Part shown: positions 38,609 to 48,877 of the stretch, piece after piece | How positions within the stretch are numbered: position 1 is the stretch's first letter | Layout of the letters: every line of letters starts with the position of its first letter | Virus record (IMG/VR): IMGVR_UViG_3300032092_000001 | DNA length: 64,000 nt | Strand: one strand, 5' to 3' | Origin: a virus | Lineage: Duplodnaviria; Caudoviricetes | Notes under the pieces: model-generated | Database searches by the model: none | The model's input: only the letters and a program-made list of their open reading frames with translations | What the model was told of the DNA's origin: nothing | Translations under genes and position numbers: made by a program

Positions 38609-38836
38609 TTAATAACCGAAATGTGTCCCACTAAAATTATCCCAAGGGTCCTCAACGTGGATTTGTTTTTTATCTTCTTTTATAATTTTACAACCTCTAC
38701 TAATTAAAAAATCAGGAGTATTTTTAAATTCTTTCCAAGTATCAAAGTCCTTTAGTTCTTCAATCAATTCTAATGGAATTAATATACTATCAACTTCTTG
38801 ATTAAATAATACTTTGTTTTTGTCACTTGGGAACAT
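38609..38836 (-). CDS. Hypothetical protein
   Basis: 75-aa ORF. Confidence 0.6.
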   Translation of the reverse strand: MFPSDKNKVLFNQEVDSILIPLELIEELKDFDTWKEFKNTPDFLISRGCKIIKEDKKQIHVEDPWDNFSGTHFGY

Positions 38837-38951
38837 AATTAAATATGAATATTTTTTTGGTTAATGTCAACTTACAGATATAAATAATTAGAGAATTTTT
38901 TTTGACTAAAAAAGTTTGGTTTTTTGTCAATTAATATTTAATTTTGTTACT

Positions 38952-39443
38952 ATGATACAAGGAGTATTAGTTTTAAATGCGGATTATAACCCAATCAATG
39001 TAACATCCCTACAAAGGGGATTTAATTTGGTATATAAGGGTAAAGCTGAGATTGTTAAATCGGCTGATAATCCTATTGTGTCAAGTTTTGGTAAATTTGT
39101 TCGTCCGTTAATTATCCGTTTATTAAACTATGTATCGGTTAAATCAAGAAAGATAAGAGTTAATCGTAATAGAATAATGAGACGTGATGGTTATACTTGT
39201 GTATATTGTGGAAGTAAGAAAAATTTAACCATTGACCACATTATACCCAAATCAAAAGGGGGTGATAATACTTGGAAGAATTTGGTTACCTGTTGTTCTC
39301 CTTGTAATTTGAAAAAAGGGGATAAGTCACTTGAGGAGATTGGAATGAAGTTAATAAAAAAACCCACAGAACCTAATATATTTTCAGATGCTGTGGGTCA
39401 GGGACTTCAAAAGATTTGGCAAGATTACCAAAACAACTTTTAA
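38952..39443 (+). CDS. HNH endonuclease (McrA-like)
   Basis: VLNADY.P, RDGYTCVYCG, LTIDHIIPKSKGG, WKNLVTCCSPCN..KG; start trimmed to ATG. Confidence 0.9.
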   Translation: MIQGVLVLNADYNPINVTSLQRGFNLVYKGKAEIVKSADNPIVSSFGKFVRPLIIRLLNYVSVKSRKIRVNRNRIMRRDGYTCVYCGSKKNLTIDHIIPKSKGGDNTWKNLVTCCSPCNLKKGDKSLEEIGMKLIKKPTEPNIFSDAVGQGLQKIWQDYQNNF

Positions 39444-41206
39444 AATTCTGCTATTTTACTTGATAACTTATCAATAAAAGACTGCTTAACTTCATTTGAA
39501 GTTCTCTCAACATTTTGTCTTGCTGAGTCTAAAACTGAAGTTAATCTATTTGCAATTTTAAATTTAACGTCATCCATTGTAGACCTCATTTTGTTTACGG
39601 TGGATGATTTTAACATACTTTCTAAACTATCATCAGTTACATTATCAGACTCAATACTTTTGTCAATTGCCGAACTAATTTTATCAGCAACAAACGTTGG
39701 GTCGGACAATAATCTTGTAACCTCTGAATCAGGCACACTATTTAATTCATTAGTGATTTCAATTCCAATCTTAGAAGAAGGTTCTACTTTAAGTTCTCTT
39801 AGAATGTGATTGATTGTTTGTTCTTTCATCTTTGACTCATTCCCTAAAAATAAACTGTTAAATGCTTTCTCAAAAGTCGCTTCAATGTTCTCAGTTATAA
39901 TTCCATTAGAATTTTGTAATGATTTTGTATGTTCCATTATTTGAGTTAAGAATTTTCTATAGTTTTGTGAATAGAAGTTCTCAGCGATTTCATTTAATGA
40001 TTTTTTGTGTATTTCAACTTTAAGAGATTTAACCATCTTAGTTTCAACCAATTTAGTTCTTAAAGAATTTTCAATAGATTTCATTTTATTTTCAGTTAAT
40101 TTATTTGCAGTTCTACTTGACAAATTAATTGCCCAATCACGGTCCGCGATTCTTTGGAACTTTCTTATTTTATTGGTTAATCCAGGATGATATTTCACAC
40201 AATAAAAAACTGCGTCTTTGGTTGAGTTCATTTTATTTATGAAATTATTTCTTGTCATTCCATAACTGTCAGTATCATATTTGTTATATGCACTATCATA
40301 CATGTCAAGCAAATCTTTACACGCACTTCTTTCAGGTTGTTTAGCTCCTGTCTTAGACAATAATGACATGATATTAGTACCCTTATCAAACAAATTACTT
40401 AATTCGGCAATTACAGGTGCTCCTGATTCTATTTTTTGATAATCGGAAACAACACTATCTTGTTTACCTTGTTGGTATACATTATTGTACCAAAAATCAA
40501 ATGCTTCTTTATAGACAACTTTTTTATCCTTACCCATAAATGAGTCTCTTTTTGTTGCCATGTATTTAACTAAAGGACTCTGATGAATTGGGTCAGTTGT
40601 AATATATGGTTGAGATTCAATTGAACCGCATAATCCATGTAAAACTCCACCAGGACTAAAATAAAACTTCTTTGAGTTTATCCAATTGATAAATTCAGAA
40701 ACACTACTTTCAATTCCGTATGTCTCAAAATAGTTCCCACTAGTCCATTTATCATCACAATTAATTTGTAATTTTGATGGTGTAGTTGTTGTTTGATTTG
40801 TCCCACCACCTTGCTGAGTTGTGTTTGTTTGATTGGACCCTCCAGTACTTTGTTGAGATGATGGTTTATTAATCTCATCTTGATATATTTTACCGAACTC
40901 TTTCCACGCCTTTCTAATACAACTATTATCAGGTTTACCTGTTACAGATAAAGAAGAACCGTCATCACATTTAAAATCTGAATTATTTTTTTTCATCCAT
41001 CCTCTAAACTCATTACCTTTAGTATCATCTAATCCTGTCGCTGGATATGATGAACCTCCTCCACCACCTCCTGATGTTTTTTTCTTCGCATACCATTTAC
41101 CGTCAGCACCCTTTCTAACAGTATGAGTTCCAGCAGCATCTAATTGAGCTGCTTTATTTTTACTTACTTCTTCTTCACCTGATTTGGCCGGTTCATTTAA
41201 CATCAT
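39440..41206 (-). CDS. Large hypothetical late protein
   Basis: 588 aa; MMLNE start; FRGWMKKNN motif; internal LTE, LNE, ITE sites. Confidence 0.7.
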   Translation of the reverse strand: MMLNEPAKSGEEEVSKNKAAQLDAAGTHTVRKGADGKWYAKKKTSGGGGGGSSYPATGLDDTKGNEFRGWMKKNNSDFKCDDGSSLSVTGKPDNSCIRKAWKEFGKIYQDEINKPSSQQSTGGSNQTNTTQQGGGTNQTTTTPSKLQINCDDKWTSGNYFETYGIESSVSEFINWINSKKFYFSPGGVLHGLCGSIESQPYITTDPIHQSPLVKYMATKRDSFMGKDKKVVYKEAFDFWYNNVYQQGKQDSVVSDYQKIESGAPVIAELSNLFDKGTNIMSLLSKTGAKQPERSACKDLLDMYDSAYNKYDTDSYGMTRNNFINKMNSTKDAVFYCVKYHPGLTNKIRKFQRIADRDWAINLSSRTANKLTENKMKSIENSLRTKLVETKMVKSLKVEIHKKSLNEIAENFYSQNYRKFLTQIMEHTKSLQNSNGIITENIEATFEKAFNSLFLGNESKMKEQTINHILRELKVEPSSKIGIEITNELNSVPDSEVTRLLSDPTFVADKISSAIDKSIESDNVTDDSLESMLKSSTVNKMRSTMDDVKFKIANRLTSVLDSARQNVERTSNEVKQSFIDKLSSKIAEF

Positions 41207-42675
41207 TACTTAAATGTTTTAGTTTTTTTATCATATTCATATCCAACAGTTGAATTTTCTGATGCGTAATAAAATCCATCTTCCTTCTTAACTCCATTTT
41301 CACCAACCTTATTACCCGGGGTTAGTTCATAAGATTTCCATTTTGATAAAATTTGGTCTTCAGTCTCCTCACCACTTTGTGATTCTCCTCCAAAATTTAA
41401 TTCACTAGTTGGCAATCCCGCTTCTTCAAAATCTTTAATAGTTGCACCTTGTTTAATTAGTTCATTTGCGAATTTGATGTAGTCAGAATTGTTTTGGTCA
41501 TTATTTAACATTTCTTGTAGTTTCGCTTTAACTTCTTCGTCCTGTGGGGTTAATTGTGAAACAAATTGAGCTCCGTCAAGTAATTCCATAACCCCATTAA
41601 TAGGTAATGTAATACACCCACCTAAATCTTTAATTTGGCTTGATAATTCCCCATACATTGTTTTATATATCTCAAAGTCGGCACCTGATTTAACAGCATA
41701 ATCCCAAAGAACTTTCACTACCTTAACTATTAAACACATTTTAATTATAAAAATAGAATATGCCGCGATAACAAAAACTGATTTTGACGGTTGTCCTTTA
41801 TATAATTTAAGTAAACGTTCATATAGTTTAAATCTGTTAGCACTTTTAGTTACCATAGTCTGAACATTTGGTATCACATCAAAATATGGGTTACTTTCAG
41901 AAATTGAATTTTTAATAGTATTTAATTGATTTGTAATATTCTCAGGGCTCCACAATTTAGGATTAGAAACTGCGGAATCATATAAACCAACTAATTCATC
42001 ATATTTAATATTTTTACCTTTGATTTTTCTTGAAAGTTCAGAAAATGCTGTGTCAATTTCAGGTTGTACCGATTTTTTAGGTATAGAACTTAAATTAAGT
42101 TTATTAGTTATAATTTTTTTTAATTCATCGTCCATAGTTGATGAATTAATTGCATTTCTTAATTCAGTTAAATTATCAATCTGTTGGTTATATAATTTAG
42201 GATTTTTTACACTGTCAATATTTTTAAAACCCTGTACTGATGATAATAATTGAGATACTTCTTTAAACTCACCAGAAGTAATCATATCATCAACTAATTT
42301 TGAATAAAATGAGTCGTTTCGTTTAATAACGTCATCTAATAACGAATACCAATTAACCCCACCACCAATATTTGACAATGACTCACCTGAAATTAATTCA
42401 TCATTAATTGTTCTTAAATAACTATCAATATCTTGTGGAGACGCACTGGATAAATTAAATTCCTTAGTTATCCACGGTCTAACCGCATCATACGCAGCTT
42501 CATCCATGATATCGTCTGAAACTCCATCCATATTTCTAGTTGCACTTTCAATAATGTCTTTCATTAATGATTCAAACCATGGCTGTCCGATACTTTCTAA
42601 AATTACATTTTTAGGAGATACTCCCATTATTTCATGTAATCTTTTTATTTCTTCAAATAATAAATTTGTATTCAT
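41206..42675 (-). CDS. Large hypothetical late protein with one hydrophobic segment
   Basis: MNTNLLFEEIKRLHEIMG...ILE leader; SVFVIAAYSIFIIKMCLIV segment. Confidence 0.7.
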   Translation of the reverse strand: MNTNLLFEEIKRLHEIMGVSPKNVILESIGQPWFESLMKDIIESATRNMDGVSDDIMDEAAYDAVRPWITKEFNLSSASPQDIDSYLRTINDELISGESLSNIGGGVNWYSLLDDVIKRNDSFYSKLVDDMITSGEFKEVSQLLSSVQGFKNIDSVKNPKLYNQQIDNLTELRNAINSSTMDDELKKIITNKLNLSSIPKKSVQPEIDTAFSELSRKIKGKNIKYDELVGLYDSAVSNPKLWSPENITNQLNTIKNSISESNPYFDVIPNVQTMVTKSANRFKLYERLLKLYKGQPSKSVFVIAAYSIFIIKMCLIVKVVKVLWDYAVKSGADFEIYKTMYGELSSQIKDLGGCITLPINGVMELLDGAQFVSQLTPQDEEVKAKLQEMLNNDQNNSDYIKFANELIKQGATIKDFEEAGLPTSELNFGGESQSGEETEDQILSKWKSYELTPGNKVGENGVKKEDGFYYASENSTVGYEYDKKTKTFK

Positions 42676-42701
42676 AATATATTAATATTTAGATAAATAT
42701 T

Positions 42702-45050
42702 TTAGTCCACAGGAATATCACTGATTTCATCAAGTAATTTTTCTTGTTCCTCATATTCTTGGTTTAATTTGTCAATTTTTTCTTTTAGTTTAACACAATA
42801 ACTTTGTAAATTTACTTTTTGTCCTGTTTTAGGGTCAATTGTTTCATATTTACCAAATTTTTCTCTTTCTTGTTTTGTTACAGTACCTAAAGCTTCTTGA
42901 TATAAACTTGGGTTATTCATTATTTCATCCGCAACTACATCATAATCAACTCCACTTCTATTCTTTTTTACCCACGAATTCCATCTTTCAAACTCAGTCT
43001 CAGTTATTTCTCTACCGTATATTTTTTTATGTAAATCACTAATTGTTGCAATTAATTTAAACCCATAATACCCTATCATTGGTGATAATGTTAAAATACC
43101 CTTCGTCCCCGCTTCTCTAAGCATTGATTTGATTAAATTAGTTTTTGCGGACCCAATGTCTTTAGCTAAAGCTTGTTGCATTTTACCTCTAGCAAACGTG
43201 CTCAACTGTTGTTGAAACTCACTATTTGACAGTAACTCTTGGAATAGTTTTTGTTCGGTTGTTGTTAAATTTGAATTAAAATTAACTAAATCTTGGTATG
43301 AGCTTAGATTTGCCTCTCTCATTTTCTGAGTAAACGATTTTCTTGTCCAATCATCAATTCCACCAGTTAAGAACTTAGATATTACTGGTAATTCGGCAAA
43401 CACCCCTAAAAACGCAATTGCAACATCTAATTTAGCCTCATCATACTTCCCGGCTTTATAATTTTGATTTGCTGAAACAAGGTTAATTCCAACGTCTGCC
43501 GCGGTTGCCGCTAATGTTACTGATAAGGCACTTCCACCTAAAACCGCCGCCGCACCTCCACTAACAATTGTCGCTAATATTATTCCTCCAATTTGTATTA
43601 AAGCTCCGTATTCATCCCAAAAAGTAGTGTCTTCAGGTATAGTATCATAAACACCTTTTTGAATTTTTACTGACCCGTCTTTATCTCTATATCTACCACC
43701 AAGAGTATGTCCTTTATATCTAATTTTACCATCAGCAACATCAAGCAAGAATTCAATTGCTCTCATACCCTTTTCATTTATTGCTCTGTCAATTTCCTCA
43801 TCAGTAAATGCGTTTGTTACAAAAGAACTCATTTTCAATTCTTTTTTTACCTTTTCAATCCATTTTAAATTTTCAGAAGCCTTTGAAATTGAGTCAAAAT
43901 TAATGTTAGAGTATTTTGTATTAGTAACATCAGGTGACTGAGTGATGTCTATTTTGAATAGGTTATCTGATATTTTTTTACCTTCACCTGACTCTATATC
44001 TTTAGGTTTGAACTGTTCAATCCCATAAAATTCATCAAAACCATTCATTAAGTTCCATTCCCTTATTGACATTTGAACAGATTCGTTATTAATATCCCAT
44101 TTTAAATTTTTAGCGTCTTTATAACTAACAGGTGGGAAGTCTCCACTCGGTTCTTTAATTTTTAATCTTGTAACTTTATCATATTCAGTTGGGGTCCCCT
44201 CAAAAGTGAACTTGTCAACATTTTTTGAAGCCGTACTTAAATTTCCGAATGAGATGTCATAATTCCATCTATTAAATACTATTCCCCACCCGCATTTAGT
44301 ATTGTGATTTACCGCCAATGACATGTTTTGATTCCACATTGGTCCTGTTTGAGATAGGTTATATGTTTTAGCAACTGATGGATAATTAACTCTAAACCAC
44401 TGTCTAAATGAGTCAGACCCATTTTCACCTGTTTTATCTTTAAATGGATTTTTACCAACACTCCCCATTAAATTAAATCCTTTTGATTTTTCACATTTTT
44501 GATTTTTTTCTAAACTTTGTTGTGTGTCTATTTTTTTTGAATTTTCATATCCTTTTATGATACGACTTGCGGGCTCTAAAAATCTGAAATAATTTGCGGA
44601 TACTAAATTTGAGGGGATGTCCTCAGGTTGTTTTAACCTAACGTCAATACCAAACTCATTTTTAGTTGTTGTAATCCCTTTTGATTTTTTATCATTAAAA
44701 TCTTTCAATTCTTTTTGATAAATTGTCTTGTCAAGTATTAATGACGCTGGGGTATATGATTTACTACCCATAAGGGCAACACTTCTGTTTAAAAGTTTGT
44801 CTCTTCTCAATTTATATAATTGAGGTAGGGACATTGTATTAATTAATTGTGCAAACTGATAAATTTTGTCATCAATATTAGGAACCCTTTTAGGGTCTCT
44901 CCAATCATATTTATTAATTTCATCAATTAATGTATTAACATTATATTGTTCTAAAATTAACGTTCCAACATTTTCAGATAAAGTTTTTTTATTGTCATAT
45001 TTCATTAACAATAAAACTCTTTCTAATATTTCCTGTTTGTTTTCTCCCAT
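42702..45050 (-). CDS. Large hypothetical late protein with Gly/Ala-rich hydrophobic hairpin
   Basis: ATG overlaps upstream TAA; ALIQIGGIILATIVSGGAAAVLGGSALSVTLAA segment; FRQWFRVNYP motif. Confidence 0.7.
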   Translation of the reverse strand: MGENKQEILERVLLLMKYDNKKTLSENVGTLILEQYNVNTLIDEINKYDWRDPKRVPNIDDKIYQFAQLINTMSLPQLYKLRRDKLLNRSVALMGSKSYTPASLILDKTIYQKELKDFNDKKSKGITTTKNEFGIDVRLKQPEDIPSNLVSANYFRFLEPASRIIKGYENSKKIDTQQSLEKNQKCEKSKGFNLMGSVGKNPFKDKTGENGSDSFRQWFRVNYPSVAKTYNLSQTGPMWNQNMSLAVNHNTKCGWGIVFNRWNYDISFGNLSTASKNVDKFTFEGTPTEYDKVTRLKIKEPSGDFPPVSYKDAKNLKWDINNESVQMSIREWNLMNGFDEFYGIEQFKPKDIESGEGKKISDNLFKIDITQSPDVTNTKYSNINFDSISKASENLKWIEKVKKELKMSSFVTNAFTDEEIDRAINEKGMRAIEFLLDVADGKIRYKGHTLGGRYRDKDGSVKIQKGVYDTIPEDTTFWDEYGALIQIGGIILATIVSGGAAAVLGGSALSVTLAATAADVGINLVSANQNYKAGKYDEAKLDVAIAFLGVFAELPVISKFLTGGIDDWTRKSFTQKMREANLSSYQDLVNFNSNLTTTEQKLFQELLSNSEFQQQLSTFARGKMQQALAKDIGSAKTNLIKSMLREAGTKGILTLSPMIGYYGFKLIATISDLHKKIYGREITETEFERWNSWVKKNRSGVDYDVVADEIMNNPSLYQEALGTVTKQEREKFGKYETIDPKTGQKVNLQSYCVKLKEKIDKLNQEYEEQEKLLDEISDIPVD

Positions 45051-45295
45051 TACCAAATTTGATTTGCAACCCCTCTACCAATACCTGTAGACCACACTTC
45101 ACCTTTTTTACCTAACATATTCGCCTTACCTCTTTTAGTAACATATAAGTCGGACCACTTAGGCATTGCCTTCGCACCCCCTCCTCCACCAGCCGCAGCA
45201 TCCTGTTCGTCAATTTCACCGCTAGACTTTTTGGAATCATTTGTGAAAGTATAAGACTTTAACAAATCAATTATGTCATCAATATCGTTAGTCAT
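45050..45295 (-). CDS. Hypothetical protein with two RGxAN motifs
   Basis: KRGKANML and GRGVANQI after IDE/Q; TATTTAT 8 nt upstream. Confidence 0.65.
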   Translation of the reverse strand: MTNDIDDIIDLLKSYTFTNDSKKSSGEIDEQDAAAGGGGGAKAMPKWSDLYVTKRGKANMLGKKGEVWSTGIGRGVANQIW

Positions 45296-45345
45296 TTTTA
45301 ATGATAAATATCTATACTAAATCAAATTTTGTGTATATTAGCAAT

Positions 45346-45807
45346 ATGAAAAATCTATTTGTTGTTTTATTCTCAATTTTATTATTAACTTCTTGTGAAG
45401 TTTATGAAGAACCAACATATCCAACTTTAAGTGGTGAATATGTAATTGATTTAGTCACAGTAGATGATATGTCACTTACTCAATATCTTTCTGGAGATAC
45501 TTTAGAGATTGAGGCTAATGAGTTTCCAATTGACACACTAATTGTTGGGATAACTAAGATTAAATTTTCAAATGATAGGATTTTCTTCAACCCTTATTTA
45601 AATCAATACGGAAACACTCAATGGGAGAATGAATTTTTCTACGTAACAAGAAATTACGAATATCACGGTTCGGGACATTTTTTAGTGGATATGAATGGTA
45701 AGACATTCATATTTGATATAGTTGAGGATGGTTTGACAAATCTTGTTATTAAAAGTAACTCATTTAACAAAACAATTACTTTTAACCTAACGATGGTTGG
45801 CCATTAA
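45346..45807 (+). CDS. Lipoprotein (signal peptidase II type)
   Basis: MKNLFVVLFSILLLTSC lipobox followed by EVYEE; start trimmed. Confidence 0.75.
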   Translation: MKNLFVVLFSILLLTSCEVYEEPTYPTLSGEYVIDLVTVDDMSLTQYLSGDTLEIEANEFPIDTLIVGITKIKFSNDRIFFNPYLNQYGNTQWENEFFYVTRNYEYHGSGHFLVDMNGKTFIFDIVEDGLTNLVIKSNSFNKTITFNLTMVGH

Positions 45808-46127
45808 AATAATTCTGACGGTGGGATTTTTTTTGGATTTGTCTCGTAGTACTCTGATAAAAAATTGGATAATTCCGACTCGTCAATACTACAATCATCA
45901 TTAATGTAGTCGTCGTTTAAAATAATGTCGTCAGTATCCTCTTCATAAGTTATGGGGTATTCATCATCGTTTAAACCTTCAATGACATAATACCCCATAC
46001 CTTCAATAATATCAATTTCAAATTCATCTTCTCTGATATAATCATCAGAGTCGTCCTTCATCCTAAAGGAAACCTGTATTGCTTGAGTCTTTTGATTATA
46101 ATATGACTCTACAATTTCTTTAATCAT
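45804..46127 (-). CDS. Hypothetical acidic protein
   Basis: 107-aa ORF. Confidence 0.65.
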   Translation of the reverse strand: MIKEIVESYYNQKTQAIQVSFRMKDDSDDYIREDEFEIDIIEGMGYYVIEGLNDDEYPITYEEDTDDIILNDDYINDDCSIDESELSNFLSEYYETNPKKIPPSELF

Positions 46128-46129
46128 CT

Positions 46130-46594
46130 TTAGATAATCTTCTTAAACCACTTTAGTGACTCTTGTATTTGTTCTGAGACTAATGGAGCCTTTGATTTTA
46201 GGTTAACGTTCTCCTCAATCTCTTCCATTGTATACATTTTGTTTGAGCATTCACATGTTTCACCTTCATACATCTCACCACACTCGTTACACTCTTTTTT
46301 AGATTCACTCATTTTACCTGACATACATTCACAAGTTTCAGCTTCATAAATCTCGCCACACTCATTACAAGTTTTCATTAATTTTTTATTAATGTTTGTA
46401 TGTTTGTATTCCATTACTTCACCTTTATTATTAACCGTAATTCCACCTTCATCTAATGCGTAATTACCGACAGTCAGAGGTGTCTCACTAGGTCCTTTAC
46501 CTTCACGAGTCACATAACCATCATATAGTTTAGTGTGTTTTTCCTTAATGGAATTTTTTTCTTCTTCAGATATGTTTAAAAAATAAGCTCTCAT
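46130..46594 (-). CDS. Hypothetical late protein with two CNECGExYExETCEC repeats
   Basis: ISEEEKNSIKEKH leader; duplicated Cys motif. Confidence 0.7.
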   Translation of the reverse strand: MRAYFLNISEEEKNSIKEKHTKLYDGYVTREGKGPSETPLTVGNYALDEGGITVNNKGEVMEYKHTNINKKLMKTCNECGEIYEAETCECMSGKMSESKKECNECGEMYEGETCECSNKMYTMEEIEENVNLKSKAPLVSEQIQESLKWFKKII

Positions 46595-46660
46595 AATTTA
46601 ATTTTCTTATAAATATATTGACATTACCATTTGACAAAAAAAGATAATTAATTTAAATTT

Positions 46661-47167
46661 ATGGTTATGACACCTGAATTAAAAAAACAACCGGTATTCA
46701 AGGACCACAGAGGTTCATTCACACCAATCAAATTATCCAATAAATGGGTCCAATCCAACATTAGTATTAACGATGATATTTTTGTTTTTCGTGGATTACA
46801 TTTACAGAAATATCCAAAGTCACAAGCCAAACAAGTGATGGTTATTCAGGGTAAATTGATTGATTTTTGTGTATGTGTTGACAAACTCAACCCAAATTTT
46901 GGAAAAGTTTTTGAATATATGATGAATGAAGGAGATGTTCTATATGTACCTCATGGATATGCTCACGGATTTTTAACTCTACAAAGTGGAACTATTGTCA
47001 ACTATTTGGTTGATGAAATGTATTCTCCCGAACATGAACTATGTGTTAAATGGGATTCGGTTGAAGAGGTTAGAGAAACTATTACAAAATTAACCTCAGG
47101 GTTTACATTCAAACTTAAAATGAGCGATAAAGATAATGAAGGTATTCATTTTACAAATTTGGTATGA
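46661..47167 (+). CDS. rmlC: dTDP-4-dehydrorhamnose 3,5-epimerase
   Basis: FKDHRGSF, FRGLHLQ, QAK.V, YVPHGYAHGFLTL, Y.VDEMYSPEHE, MSDKD. Confidence 0.9.
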   Translation: MVMTPELKKQPVFKDHRGSFTPIKLSNKWVQSNISINDDIFVFRGLHLQKYPKSQAKQVMVIQGKLIDFCVCVDKLNPNFGKVFEYMMNEGDVLYVPHGYAHGFLTLQSGTIVNYLVDEMYSPEHELCVKWDSVEEVRETITKLTSGFTFKLKMSDKDNEGIHFTNLV

Positions 47168-47400
47168 CAAGGGAAGAGGTTGAAGAACTATACGAAGGAG
47201 CAATACTACTTGAGGGATTTGACGATTGTATTGTTGGAGTTACTGAGGAATTTGGTAATGGGATTAGAATACTATACTCAAGAGACAAAATTTTAGAGTC
47301 CCTACAAAAAGATATGTCCGAAGAAGATGCTATTGAGTATTATTACTATAATATAGTAGGTGGTCATTTTGGAGACAGGAATCCAGTATTTCTGGTTTAA
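47164..47400 (+). CDS. Conserved phage hypothetical protein
   Basis: EGFDDCIVG...YS..KI...EDAIEY..YNI.G pattern. Confidence 0.7.
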   Translation: MTREEVEELYEGAILLEGFDDCIVGVTEEFGNGIRILYSRDKILESLQKDMSEEDAIEYYYYNIVGGHFGDRNPVFLV

Positions 47401-47984
47401 TAATGTCTCATCCAAAAATTTAAAACTTTTGGGGCCATTCTTTTAACCATTCCTCCCACTGAACTAGGGGTAACTTCTCTACCTTCTTTTTCTAATATTG
47501 TCATTGCTCCACGAATCATTATGTGTTTAACCTCATCGGCCATTGATGCCGCTTCTTCAAACTCATCACTTTCTTCATTATAATGTTCTTTCCTTAAAAT
47601 ATCTTCACCAATATAAAGATATGGTGACGCTCCAAACATGTTAGCAACACCTGACTCTCTTATCTTATCCAAGTATTTTTTAATTGGTAACATTTTAAAA
47701 TACTTTAGGATTTTGGCATCATCAGATAATTGGTTCACATCACTGGATTCATTAATCTTCCTTTTACTTCCCTTCCAATCTTCCTCATACATCCATTTAT
47801 CAGTATCGGACAATAAAAATAATGAACCACCATCATCCCATTTGATGTCGTATTGGTGTCCTGTCGGTTGTTTTGAAATTCTCCTAACAGTTCCTTTATT
47901 TCCGGTGTATCTAGGCTCACCGTCCATATCAATACAAACTATTCTATCACCAATTTTTAATTCGGGATTAATTTTCTTACTCAT
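47397..47984 (-). CDS. Two-domain protein, DUF4314-like plus DUF5049-like
   Basis: GDRIVCIDMDG...GTV...IKWDDGGSL.L and IRESGVANMF; INE between them; start trimmed to MSKKIN. Confidence 0.55.
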   Translation of the reverse strand: MSKKINPELKIGDRIVCIDMDGEPRYTGNKGTVRRISKQPTGHQYDIKWDDGGSLFLLSDTDKWMYEEDWKGSKRKINESSDVNQLSDDAKILKYFKMLPIKKYLDKIRESGVANMFGASPYLYIGEDILRKEHYNEESDEFEEAASMADEVKHIMIRGAMTILEKEGREVTPSSVGGMVKRMAPKVLNFWMRHY

Positions 47985-47999
47985 ATATTTATAAATATG
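47982..47999. promoter_or_regulatory. Palindromic divergent late motif
   Basis: ATATTTATAAATAT (47985-47998) between CAT 47982 and ATG 47997. Confidence 0.7.
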
Positions 48000-48623
48000 A
48001 AGATAATGATTAATGAAACTCAGAAAAGACTTATAACTGAATCTATCAATGATAGAATCAAGAATATTCAAGAAGAGTCAGTTAATATTACAAAACAAGT
48101 AATTGAATCCACCGCAACTCAGACAGGTATTAATTTATCTATGTTGTTAACTTGGGGTACATCAATTGGGGGTTTCATATCTCCTGTTATTCAATGGTTA
48201 CAAGGTAAGAACCCTCAACTAAGTGACATGGATATATCATTAATTATGACGGCAGTTATTGCTGTGATTTTTTATGATAACAAAAAAGTAATTACAGATT
48301 TAGTTAACGAAATTAAAAAAAGAGGTCTTGAAGATTACTTTAAAAATTCATTAAAGAAATCAATTGACTTAAAAAAGACGTTGATAAATTTCCTAAGGAG
48401 TTTAAATATTTCATCATTCAACTTACTTAGTATGTTAAGTTACGCATTTTTGGTGCCTCTACTTCAGATTTTCTATAATATGGCTCACGAAGGTCATTTT
48501 AATTCTCATGATGCTGAAATGATTGCCAAAGCAGTTACGTCGTTTGGTTTAATAACTGTGGGTAGTAATTACCTGAAAGTTTTGATTGAAAAGATTTTAA
48601 ATAGATTTTCTAGCAAAAAGTAA
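47997..48623 (+). CDS. Membrane protein with N-terminal leader (MKIMINETQKRLITE)
   Basis: Three to four hydrophobic segments. Confidence 0.7.
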   Translation: MKIMINETQKRLITESINDRIKNIQEESVNITKQVIESTATQTGINLSMLLTWGTSIGGFISPVIQWLQGKNPQLSDMDISLIMTAVIAVIFYDNKKVITDLVNEIKKRGLEDYFKNSLKKSIDLKKTLINFLRSLNISSFNLLSMLSYAFLVPLLQIFYNMAHEGHFNSHDAEMIAKAVTSFGLITVGSNYLKVLIEKILNRFSSKK

Positions 48624-48876
48624 TTTTAATCTTCAAACTATCTTCTCCTTTTATTGTTCTATGATAAACTCCTTCAGGAATAGTGTACTTACCACCTTTC
48701 TTCATTTCAATGGGTAATTCGTTATCCAATTGTAATTGCCACCCATTACCCTCAATGACCTCAATTAATCTTGTTTCTCGGTCTCTATGCCAATGAAGTT
48801 CTCCTGAATCAACATTTGATTCAAATATTCTAATTTTAGATTTTTCTGTAACTTCTAAATCTTTGTATGGTTTCAT
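48610..48876 (-). CDS. Cupin-like protein
   Basis: LHWHRD, IEGNGW, YTIPEGVYHR cupin motifs; start trimmed. Confidence 0.65.
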   Translation of the reverse strand: MKPYKDLEVTEKSKIRIFESNVDSGELHWHRDRETRLIEVIEGNGWQLQLDNELPIEMKKGGKYTIPEGVYHRTIKGEDSLKIKITFC

Positions 48877-48877
48877 A

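Noticed and set aside
38952-39443. HNH as a mobile homing element or restriction system
   Set aside because: Free-standing, interrupts nothing, no partner methyltransferase or immunity gene; a common family, so kept as a feature only
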